Assembly: GCA_046563655.1 (NCBI GenBank)
Contig: JAJCTO010000010.1
Span: forward strand, 124,001 to 188,000
DNA length: 64,000 nt
Source: Yuukianura sp. NJ FZ-2021
Taxonomy: Eukaryota
Reading direction: 5' to 3'
Shown in pieces: positions 14,501 through 26,500 of the stretch; the stretch's first letter is position 1; each line of letters starts with the position of its first letter. The notes beneath the pieces were generated by a model. The model was not told the DNA's origin. It searched no databases and saw nothing but the letters and a program-made list of their open reading frames with translations. The position numbers and the translations under genes were made by a program.

Positions 14501-17500
14501 AGGCAGTTTTTCTAAATTTTTAATGCGTAAAATTGCTCGGCACATTCACAAAAATGGCTGTATCTCAAGAAATATTGATTTCCGGTGAAATCTAATTTCG
14601 AATTCGGATTCACCGACTTGAAATTGATGTGAGTAGACTTTCAAAGGTGGACATTTAGAAAGGCAGTTTTTCTAAATTTTTAGGGGTAAAATTGCTCGGC
14701 AAATTCACAAAAACGGCTGTATCTCGAGAAGTGTGGTTTTCCGGTGAAATCTAATTTCGAATTCGGATTCACCGACTTGAAATTGATGTGAGTAGACTTT
14801 CAAAGGTGGACATTTAGAAAGGCAGTTTTTCTAAATTTTTAGGGGTAAAATTGCTCGGCAAATTCACAAAAACGGCTGTATCTCGAGAAGTGTGGTTTTC
14901 CGGTGAAATCTAATTTCGAATTCGGATTCACCGACTTGAAATTGATGTGAGTAGACTTTCAAAGGTGGACATTTAGAAAGGCAGTTTTTCTAAATTTTTA
15001 ATGGGTAAAATTGCTCGGCAAATTCACAAAAATGGCTGTATCTCGAGAAGTGTGGTTTTCCGGTGAAATCTAATTTCGAATTCGGATTCACCGACTTGAA
15101 ATTGATGTGAGTAGACTTTCAAAGGTGGACATTTAGAAAGGCAGTTTTTCTAAATTTTTAGGGGGTAAAATTGCTCGGCAAATTCACAAAAATGGCTGTA
15201 TCTCGAAAAGTGTGGTTTTCCGGTGAAATCTAATTTCGAATTCGGATTCACCGACTTGAAATTGATGTGATTAGACTTTCAAAGGTGGACATTTAGAAAG
15301 GCAGTTTTTCTAAATTTTTAGGGGATAAATTTGCTCGGTAAATTCACAAAAATGGCTGTATCTCAAGAAATATTGATTTCCGGTGAAATCTAATTTCGAA
15401 TTCGGATTCACCGACTTGAAATTGATGTGAGTAGACTTTCAAAGGTGGACATTTAGAAAGGCAGTTTTTCTAAATTTTTAGGGGGTAAAATTGCTCGGTA
15501 AATTCACAAAAATGGCTGTATCTCAAGAAATATTGATTTCCGGTGAAATCTAATTTCGAATTCGGATTCACCGACTTGAAATTGATGTGAGTAGACTTTC
15601 AAAGGTGGACATTTAGAAAGGCAGTTTTTCTAAATTTTTAGGGGTTAAAATTGCTCGGCAAATTCACAAAAACGGCTGTATCTCGAGAAGTGTGGTTTTC
15701 CGGTGAAATCTAATTTCGAATTCGGATTCACCGACTTGAAATTGATGTGAGTAGACTTTCAAAGGTGGACATTTAGAAAGGCAGTTTTTCTAAATTTTTA
15801 GGGGTAAAATTGCTCGGCAAATTCACAAAAACGGCTGTATCTCGAGAAGTGTGGTTTTCCGGTGAAATCTAATTTCGAATTCGGATTCACCGACTTGAAA
15901 TTGATGTGAGTAGACTTTCAAAGGTGGACATTTAGAAAGGCAGTTTTTCTAAATTTTTAATGGGTAAAATTGCTCGGCAAATTCACAAAAATGGCTGTAT
16001 CTCGAGAAGTGTGGTTTTCCGGTGAAATCTAATTTCGAATTCGGATTCACCGACTTGAAATTGATGTGAGTAGACTTTCAAAGGTGGACATTTAGAAAGG
16101 CAGTTTTTCTAAATTTTTAATGGGTAAAATTGCTCGGTAAATTCACAAAAATGGCTGTATCTCAAGAAATATTGATTTCCGGTGAAATCTAATTTCGAAT
16201 TCGGATTCACCGACTTGAAATTGATGTGAGTAGACTTTCAAAGGTGGACATTTAGAAAGGCAGTTTTTCTAAATTTTTAGGGGTAAAATTGCTCGGCAAA
16301 TTCACAAAAACGGCTGTATCTCGAGAAGTGTGGTTTTCCGGTGAAATCTAATTTCGAATTCGGATTCACCGACTTGAAATTGATGTGAGTAGACTTTCAA
16401 AGGTGGACATTTAGAAAGGCAGTTTTTCTAAATTTTTAGGGGTAAAATTGCTCGGCAAATTCACAAAAACGGCTGTATCTCGAGAAGTGTGGTTTTCCGG
16501 TGAAATCTAATTTCGAATTCGGATTCACCGACTTGAAATTGATGTGAGTAGACTTTCAAAGGTGGACATTTAGAAAGGCAGTTTTTCTAAATTTTTAATG
16601 CGTAAAATTGCTCGGCACATTCACAAAAATGGCTGTATCTCAAGAAATATTGATTTCCGGTGAAATCTAATTTCGAATTCGGATTCACCGACTTGAAATT
16701 GATGTGAGTAGACTTTCAAAGGTGGACATTTAGAAAGGCAGTTTTTCTAAATTTTTAATGGGTAAAATTGCTCGGTAAATTCACAAAAATGGCTGTATCT
16801 CAAGAAATATTGATTTCCGGTGAAATCTAATTTCGAATTCGGATTCACCGACTTGAAATTGATGTGAGTGCACTTTCAAAGGTGGACATTTAGAAAGGTA
16901 GCTTTTCTAAATTTTTAGGGTGTAAAATATTTCGGCAAATTCACAAAAATGGCTGTATCTCGAGAAATATAGATTTCCGGTGTAATCTAATTTCGAATTC
17001 GGATTCACCGACTTGAAATTGATGTGAGTAGACTTTCAAAGGTGGACATTTAGAAAGGCAGTTTTTCTAAATTTTTAGGGGTAAAATTGCTCGGCAAATT
17101 CACAAAAACGGCTGTATCTCGAGAAGTGTGGTTTTCCGGTGAAATCTAATTTCGAATTCGGATTCACCGACTTGAAATTGATGTGAGTAGACTTTCAAAG
17201 GTGGACATTTAGAAAGGCAGTTTTTCTAAATTTTTAGGGGGTAAAATTGCTCGGCAAATTCACAAAAATGGCTGTATCTCGAAAAGTGTGGTTTTCCGGT
17301 GAAATCTAATTTCGAATTCGGATTCACCGACTTGAAATTGATGTGATTAGACTTTCAAAGGTGGACATTTAGAAAGGCAGTTTTTCTAAATTTTTAGGGG
17401 ATAAATTTGCTCGGTAAATTCACAAAAATGGCTGTATCTCAAGAAATATTGATTTCCGGTGAAATCTAATTTCGAATTCGGATTCACCGACTTGAAATTG

Positions 17501-20500
17501 ATGTGAGTAGACTTTCAAAGGTGGACATTTAGAAAGGCAGTTTTTCTAAATTTTTAATGGGTAAAATTGCTCGGTAAATTCACAAAAATGGCTGTATCTC
17601 AAGAAATATTGATTTCCGGTGAAATCTAATTTCGAATTCGGATTCACCGACTTGAAATTGATGTGAGTAGACTTTCAAAGGTGGACATTTAGAAAGGCAG
17701 TTTTTCTAAATTTTTAGGGGTAAAATTGCTCGGCAAATTCACAAAAACGGCTGTATCTCGAGAAGTGTGGTTTTCCGGTGAAATCTAATTTCGAATTCGG
17801 ATTCACCGACTTGAAATTGATGTGAGTAGACTTTCAAAGGTGGACATTTAGAAAGGCAGTTTTTCTAAATTTTTAAGGGGTAAAATTGCTCGGCAAATTC
17901 ACAAAAACGGCTGTATCTCGAGAAGTGTGGTTTTCCGGTGAAATCTAATTTCGAATTCGGATTCACCGACTTGAAATTGATGTGAGTAGACTTTCAAAGG
18001 TGGACATTTAGAAAGGCAGTTTTTCTAAATTTTTAGGGGTAAAATTGCTCGGCAAATTCACAAAAACGGCTGTATCTCGAGAAGTGTGGTTTTCCGGTGA
18101 AATCTAATTTCGAATTCGGATTCACCGACTTGAAATTGATGTGAGTAGACTTTCAAAGGTGGACATTTAGAAAGGCAGTTTTTCTAAATTTTTAGGGGTA
18201 AAATTGCTCGGCAAATTCACAAAAACGGCTGTATCTCGAGAAGTGTGGTTTTCCGGTGAAATCTAATTTCGAATTCGGATTCACCGACTTGAAATTGATG
18301 TGAGTAGACTTTCAAAGGTGGACATTTAGAAAGGCAGTTTTTCTAAATTTTTAGGGGGTAAAATTGCTCGGTAAATTCACAAAAATGGCTGTATCTCAAG
18401 AAATATTGATTTCCGGTGAAATCTAATTTCGAATTCGGATTCACCGACTTGAAATTGATGTGAGTAGACTTTCAAAGGTGGACATTTAGAAAGGCAGTTT
18501 TTCTAAATTTTTAATGCGTAAAATTGCTCGGCACATTCACAAAAATGGCTGTATCTCAAGAAATATTGATTTCCGGTGAAATCTAATTTCGAATTCGGAT
18601 TCACCGACTTGAAATTGATGTGAGTAGACTTTCAAAGGTGGACATTTAGAAAGGCAGTTTTTCTAAATTTTTAGGGGGTAAAATTGCTCGGCAAATTCAC
18701 AAAAACGGCTGTATCTCGAGAAGTGTGGTTTTCCGGTGAAATCTAATTTCGAATTCGGATTCACCGACTTGAAATTGATGTGAGTAGACTTTCAAAGGTG
18801 GACATTTAGAAAGGCAGTTTTTCTAAATTTTTAATGGGTAAAATTGCTCGGCAAATTCACAAAAATGGCTGTATCTCGAGAAGTGTGGTTTTCCGGTGAA
18901 ATCTAATTTCGAATTCGGATTCACCGACTTGAAATTGATGTGAGTAGACTTTCAAAGGTGGACATTTAGAAAGGCAGTTTTTCTAAATTTTTAGGGGGTA
19001 AAATTGCTCGGTAAATTCACAAAAATGGCTGTATCTCAAGAAATATTGATTTCCGGTGAAATCTAATTTCGAATTCGGATTCACCGACTTGAAATTGATG
19101 TGAGTAGACTTTCAAAGGTGGACATTTAGAAAGGCAGTTTTTCTAAATTTTTAATGCGTAAAATTGCTCGGCACATTCACAAAAATGGCTGTATCTCAAG
19201 AAATATTGATTTCCGGTGAAATCTAATTTCGAATTCGGATTCACCGACTTGAAATTGATGTGAGTAGACTTTCAAAGGTGGACATTTAGAAAGGCAGTTT
19301 TTCTAAATTTTTAATGGGTAAAATTGCTCGGTAAATTCACAAAAATGGCTGTATCTCAAGAAATATTGATTTCCGGTGAAATCTAATTTCGAATTCGGAT
19401 TCACCGACTTGAAATTGATGTGAGTAGACTTTCAAAGGTGGACATTTAGAAAGGCAGTTTTTCTAAATTTTTAGGGGTAAAATTGCTCGGCAAATTCACA
19501 AAAACGGCTGTATCTCGAGAAGTGTGGTTTTCCGGTGAAATCTAATTTCGAATTCGGATTCACCGACTTGAAATTGATGTGAGTAGACTTTCAAAGGTGG
19601 ACATTTAGAAAGGCAGTTTTTCTAAATTTTTAATGGGTAAAATTGCTCGGCAAATTCACAAAAATGGCTGTATCTCGAGAAGTGTGGTTTTCCGGTGAAA
19701 TCTAATTTCGAATTCGGATTCACCGACTTGAAATTGATGTGAGTAGACTTTCAAAGGTGGACATTTAGAAAGGCAGTTTTTCTAAATTTTTAGGGGGTAA
19801 AATTGCTCGGCACATTCACAAAAATGGCTGTATCTCGAGAAGTATTGATTTCCGGTGAAATCTAATTTCGAATTCGGATTCACCGACTTGAAATTGATGT
19901 GAGTAGACTTTCAAAGGTGGACATTTAGAAAGGCAGTTTTTCTAAATTTTTAATGGGTAAAATTGCTCGGTAAATTCACAAAAATGGCTGTATCTCAAGA
20001 AATATTGATTTCCGGTGAAATCTAATTTCGAATTCGGATTCACCGACTTGAAATTGATGTGAGTAGACTTTCAAAGGTGGACATTTAGAAAGGCAGTTTT
20101 TCTAAATTTTTAGGGGGTAAAATTGCTCGGCAAATTCACAAAAATGGCTGTATCTCAAGAAATATTGATTTCCGGTGAAATCTAATTTCGAATTCGGATT
20201 CACCGACTTGAAATTGATGTGAGTAGACTTTCAAAGGTGGACATTTAGAAAGGCAGTTTTTCTAAATTTTTAATGCGTAAAATTGCTCGGCACATTCACA
20301 AAAATGGCTGTATCTCAAGAAATATTGATTTCCGGTGAAATCTAATTTCGAATTCGGATTCACCGACTTGAAATTGATGTGAGTAGACTTTCAAAGGTGG
20401 ACATTTAGAAAGGCAGTTTTTCTAAATTTTTAGGGGTAAAATTGCTCGGCAAATTCACAAAAACGGCTGTATCTCGAGAAGTGTGGTTTTCCGGTGAAAT

Positions 20501-23500
20501 CTAATTTCGAATTCGGATTCACCGACTTGAAATTGATGTGAGTAGACTTTCAAAGGTGGACATTTAGAAAGGCAGTTTTTCTAAATTTTTAGGGGTAAAA
20601 TTGCTCGGCAAATTCACAAAAACGGCTGTATCTCGAGAAGTGTGGTTTTCCGGTGAAATCTAATTTCGAATTCGGATTCACCGACTTGAAATTGATGTGA
20701 GTAGACTTTCAAAGGTGGACATTTAGAAAGGCAGTTTTTCTAAATTTTTAGGGGGTAAAATTGCTCGGCAAATTCACAAAAACGGCTGTATCTCGAGAAG
20801 TGTGGTTTTCCGGTGAAATCTAATTTCGAATTCGGATTCACCGACTTGAAATTGATGTGAGTAGACTTTCAAAGGTGGACATTTAGAAAGGCAGTTTTTC
20901 TAAATTTTTAATGGGTAAAATTGCTCGGTAAATTCACAAAAATGGCTGTATCTCAAGAAATATTGATTTCCGGTGAAATCTAATTTCGAATTCGGATTCA
21001 CCGACTTGAAATTGATGTGAGTAGACTTTCAAAGGTGGACATTTAGAAAGGCAGTTTTTCTAAATTTTTAGGGGGTAAAATTGCTCGGCAAATTCACAAA
21101 AATGGCTGTATCTCGAGAAGTATGGATTTCCGGTGAAATCTAATTTCGAATTCGGATTCACCGACTTGAAATTGATGTGAGTAGACTTTCAAAGGTGGAC
21201 ATTTAGAAAGGCAGTTTTTCTAAATTTTTAGGGGGTAAAATTGCTCGGCAAATTCACAAAAACGGCTGTATCTCGAGAAGTGTGGTTTTCCGGTGAAATC
21301 TAATTTCGAATTCGGATTCACCGACTTGAAATTGATGTGAGTAGACTTTCAAAGGTGGACATTTAGAAAGGCAGTTTTTCTAAATTTTTAATGGGTAAAA
21401 TTGCTCGGCAAATTCACAAAAATGGCTGTATCTCGAGAAGTGTGGTTTTCCGGTGAAATCTAATTTCGAATTCGGATTCACCGACTTGAAATTGATGTGA
21501 GTAGACTTTCAAAGGTGGACATTTAGAAAGGTAGTTTTTCTAAATTTTTAGGGGTTAAAATTGCTCGGTAAATTCACAGAAATGGCTGTATCTCAAGAAA
21601 TATTGATTTCCGGTGAAATCTAATTTCGAATTCGGATTCACCGACTTGAAATTGATGTGAGTAGACTTTCAAAGGTGGACATTTAGAAAGGCAGTTTTTC
21701 TAAATTTTTAGGGGGTAAAATTGCTCGGTAAATTCACAAAAATGGCTGTATCTCAAGAAATATTGATTTCCGGTGAAATCTAATTTCGAATTCGGATTCA
21801 CCGACTTGAAATTGATGTGAGTAGACTTTCAAAGGTGGACATTTAGAAAGGCAGTTTTTCTAAATTTTTAGGGGTAAAATTGCTCGGCAAATTCACAAAA
21901 ACGGCTGTATCTCGAGAAGTGTGGTTTTCCGGTGAAATCTAATTTCGAATTCGGATTCACCGACTTGAAATTGATGTGAGTAGACTTTCAAAGGTGGACA
22001 TTTAGAAAGGCAGTTTTTCTAAATTTTTAGGGGTAAAATTGCTCGGCAAATTCACAAAAACGGCTGTATCTCGAGAAGTGTGGTTTTCCGGTGAAATCTA
22101 ATTTCGAATTCGGATTCACCGACTTGAAATTGATGTGAGTAGACTTTCAAAGGTGGACATTTAGAAAGGCAGTTTTTCTAAATTTTTAGGGGGTAAAATT
22201 GCTCGGCAAATTCACAAAAACGGCTGTATCTCGAGAAGTGTGGTTTTCCGGTGAAATCTAATTTCGAATTCGGATTCACCGACTTGAAATTGATGTGAGT
22301 AGACTTTCAAAGGTGGACATTTAGAAAGGCAGTTTTTCTAAATTTTTAATGGGTAAAATTGCTCGGTAAATTCACAAAAATGGCTGTATCTCAAGAAATA
22401 TTGATTTCCGGTGAAATCTAATTTCGAATTCGGATTCACCGACTTGAAATTGATGTGAGTAGACTTTCAAAGGTGGACATTTAGAAAGGCAGTTTTTCTA
22501 AATTTTTAATGCGTAAAATTGCTCGGCACATTCACAAAAATGGCTGTATCTCAAGAAATATTGATTTCCGGTGAAATCTAATTTCGAATTCGGATTCACC
22601 GACTTGAAATTGATGTGAGTAGACTTTCAAAGGTGGACATTTAGAAAGGCAGTTTTTCTAAATTTTTAGGGGTAAAATTGCTCGGCAAATTCACAAAAAC
22701 GGCTGTATCTCGAGAAGTGTGGTTTTCCGGTGAAATCTAATTTCGAATTCGGATTCACCGACTTGAAATTGATGTGAGTAGACTTTCAAAGGTGGACATT
22801 TAGAAAGGCAGTTTTTCTAAATTTTTAGGGGGTAAAATTGCTCGGCAAATTCACAAAAATGGCTGTATCTCGAAAAGTGTGGTTTTCCGGTGAAATCTAA
22901 TTTCGAATTCGGATTCACCGACTTGAAATTGATGTGAGTAGACTTTCAAAGGTGGACATTTAGAAAGGCAGTTTTTCTAAATTTTTAGGGGGTAAAATTG
23001 CTCGGCAAATTCACAAAAATGGCTGTATCTCGAGAAGTATTGATTTCCGGTGAAATCTAATTTCGAATTCGGATTCACCGACTTGAAATTGATGTGAGTA
23101 GACTTTCAAAGGTGGACATTTAGAAAGGCAGTTTTTCTAAATTTTTAGGGGGTAAAATTGCTCGGTAAATTCACAAAAATGGCTGTATCTCAAGAAATAT
23201 TGATTTCCGGTGAAATCTAATTTCGAATTCGGATTCACCGACTTGAAATTGATGTGAGTAGACTTTCAAAGGTGGACATTTAGAAAGGCAGTTTTTCTAA
23301 ATTTTTAGGGGGTAAAATTGCTCGGCAAATTCACAAAAACGGCTGTATCTCGAGAAGTGTGGTTTTCCGGTGAAATCTAATTTCGAATTCGGATTCACCG
23401 ACTTGAAATTGATGTGAGTAGACTTTCAAAGGTGGACATTTAGAAAGGCAGTTTTTCTAAATTTTTAGGGGGTAAAATTGCTCGGCAAATTCACAAAAAC

Positions 23501-26500
23501 GGCTGTATCTCGAGAAGTGTGGTTTTCCGGTGAAATCTAATTTCGAATTCGGATTCACCGACTTGAAATTGATGTGAGTAGACTTTCAAAGGTGGACATT
23601 TAGAAAGGCAGTTTTTCTAAATTTTTAGGGGTAAAATTGCTCGGCAAATTCACAAAAACGGCTGTATCTCGAGAAGTGTGGTTTTCCGGTGAAATCTAAT
23701 TTCGAATTCGGATTCACCGACTTGAAATTGATGTGAGTAGACTTTCAAAGGTGGACATTTAGAAAGGCAGTTTTTCTAAATTTTTAATGGGTAAAATTGC
23801 TCGGCAAATTCACAAAAATGGCTGTATCTCGAGAAGTGTGGTTTTCCGGTGAAATCTAATTTCGAATTCGGATTCACCGACTTGAAATTGATGTGAGTAG
23901 ACTTTCAAAGGTGGACATTTAGAAAGGCAGTTTTTCTAAATTTTTAATGGGTAAAATTGCTCGGTAAATTCACAAAAATGGCTGTATCTCAAGAAATATT
24001 GATTTCCGGTGAAATCTAATTTCGAATTCGGATTCACCGACTTGAAATTGATGTGAGTAGACTTTCAAAGGTGGACATTTAGAAAGGCAGTTTTTCTAAA
24101 TTTTTAATGGGTAAAATTGCTCGGTAAATTCACAAAAATGGCTGTATCTCAAGAAATATTGATTTCCGGTGAAATCTAATTTCGAATTCGGATTCACCGA
24201 CTTGAAATTGATGTGAGTAGACTTTCAAAGGTGGACATTTAGAAAGGCAGTTTTTCTAAATTTTTAATGGGTAAAATTGCTCGGCAAATTCACAAAAACG
24301 GCTGTATCTCGAGAAGTGTGGTTTTCCGGTGAAATCTAATTTCGAATTCGGATTCACCGACTTGAAATTGATGTGAGTAGACTTTCAAAGGTGGACATTT
24401 AGAAAGGCAGTTTTTCTAAATTTTTAATGGGTAAAATTGCTCGGCAAATTCACAAAAATGGCTGTATCTCGAGAAGTGTGGTTTTCCGGTGAAATCTAAT
24501 TTCGAATTCGGATTCACCGACTTGAAATTGATGTGAGTAGACTTTCAAAGGTGGACATTTAGAAAGGCAGTTTTTCTAAATTTTTAATGCGTAAAATTGC
24601 TCGGCACATTCACAAAAATGGCTGTATCTCAAGAAATATTGATTTCCGGTGAAATCTAATTTCGAATTCGGATTCACCGACTTGAAATTGATGTGAGTAG
24701 ACTTTCAAAGGTGGACATTTAGAAAGGCAGTTTTTCTAAATTTTTAGGGGGTAAAATTGCTCGGCACATTCACAAAAATGGCTGTATCTCGAGAAGTATT
24801 GATTTCCGGTGAAATCTAATTTCGAATTCGGATTCACCGACTTGAAATTGATGTGAGTAGACTTTCAAAGGTGGACATTTAGAAAGGCAGTTTTTCTAAA
24901 TTTTTAGGGGGTAAAATTGCTCGGTAAATTCACAAAAATGGCTGTATCTCAAGAAATATTGATTTCCGGTGAAATCTAATTTCGAATTCGGATTCACCGA
25001 CTTGAAATTGATGTGAGTAGACTTTCAAAGGTGGACATTTAGAAAGGCAGTTTTTCTAAATTTTTAGGGGTAAAATTGCTCGGCAAATTCACAAAAACGG
25101 CTGTATCTCGAGAAGTGTGGTTTTCCGGTGAAATCTAATTTCGAATTCGGATTCACCGACTTGAAATTGATGTGAGTAGACTTTCAAAGGTGGACATTTA
25201 GAAAGGCAGTTTTTCTAAATTTTTAATGGGTAAAATTGCTCGGCAAATTCACAAAAATGGCTGTATCTCGAGAAGTGTGGTTTTCCGGTGAAATCTAATT
25301 TCGAATTCGGATTCACCGACTTGAAATTGATGTGAGTAGACTTTCAAAGGTGGACATTTAGAAAGGCAGTTTTTCTAAATTTTTAGGAGGTAAAATTGCT
25401 CGGTAAATTCACAAAAATGGCTGTATCTCGAGAAGTATTGATTTCCGGTGAAATCTAATTTCGAATTCGGATTCACCGACTTGAAATTGATGTGAGTAGA
25501 CTTTCAAAGGTGGACATTTAGAAAGGCAGTTTTTCTAAATTTTTAGGGGGTAAAATTGCTCGGCAAATTCACAAAAATGGCTGTATCTCAAGAAATATTG
25601 ATTTCCGGTGAAATCTAATTTCGAATTCGGATTCACCGACTTGAAATTGATGTGAGTAGACTTTCAAAGGTGGACATTTAGAAAGGCAGTTTTTCTAAAT
25701 TTTTAGGGGGTAAAATTGCTCGGTAAATTCACAAAAATGGCTGTATCTCAAGAAATATTGATTTCCGGTGAAATCTAATTTCGAATTCGGATTCACCGAC
25801 TTGAAATTGATGTGAGTAGACTTTCAAAGGTGGACATTTAGAAAGGCAGTTTTTCTAAATTTTTAATGGGTAAAATTGCTCGGTAAATTCACAAAAATGG
25901 CTGTATCTCAAGAAATATTGATTTCCGGTGAAATCTAATTTCGAATTCGGATTCACCGACTTGAAATTGATGTGAGTAGACTTTCAAAGGTGGACATTTA
26001 GAAAGGCAGTTTTTCTAAATTTTTAGGGGTAAAATTGCTCGGCAAATTCACAAAAACGGCTGTATCTCGAGAAGTGTGGTTTTCCGGTGAAATCTAATTT
26101 CGAATTCGGATTCACCGACTTGAAATTGATGTGAGTAGACTTTCAAAGGTGGACATTTAGAAAGGCAGTTTTTCTAAATTTTTAGGGGTAAAATTGCTCG
26201 GCAAATTCACAAAAACGGCTGTATCTCGAGAAGTGTGGTTTTCCGGTGAAATCTAATTTCGAATTCGGATTCACCGACTTGAAATTGATGTGAGTAGACT
26301 TTCAAAGGTGGACATTTAGAAAGGCAGTTTTTCTAAATTTTTAGGGGGTAAAATTGCTCGGCAAATTCACAAAAACGGCTGTATCTCGAGAAGTGTGGTT
26401 TTCCGGTGAAATCTAATTTCGAATTCGGATTCACCGACTTGAAATTGATGTGAGTAGACTTTCAAAGGTGGACATTTAGAAAGGCAGTTTTTCTAAATTT

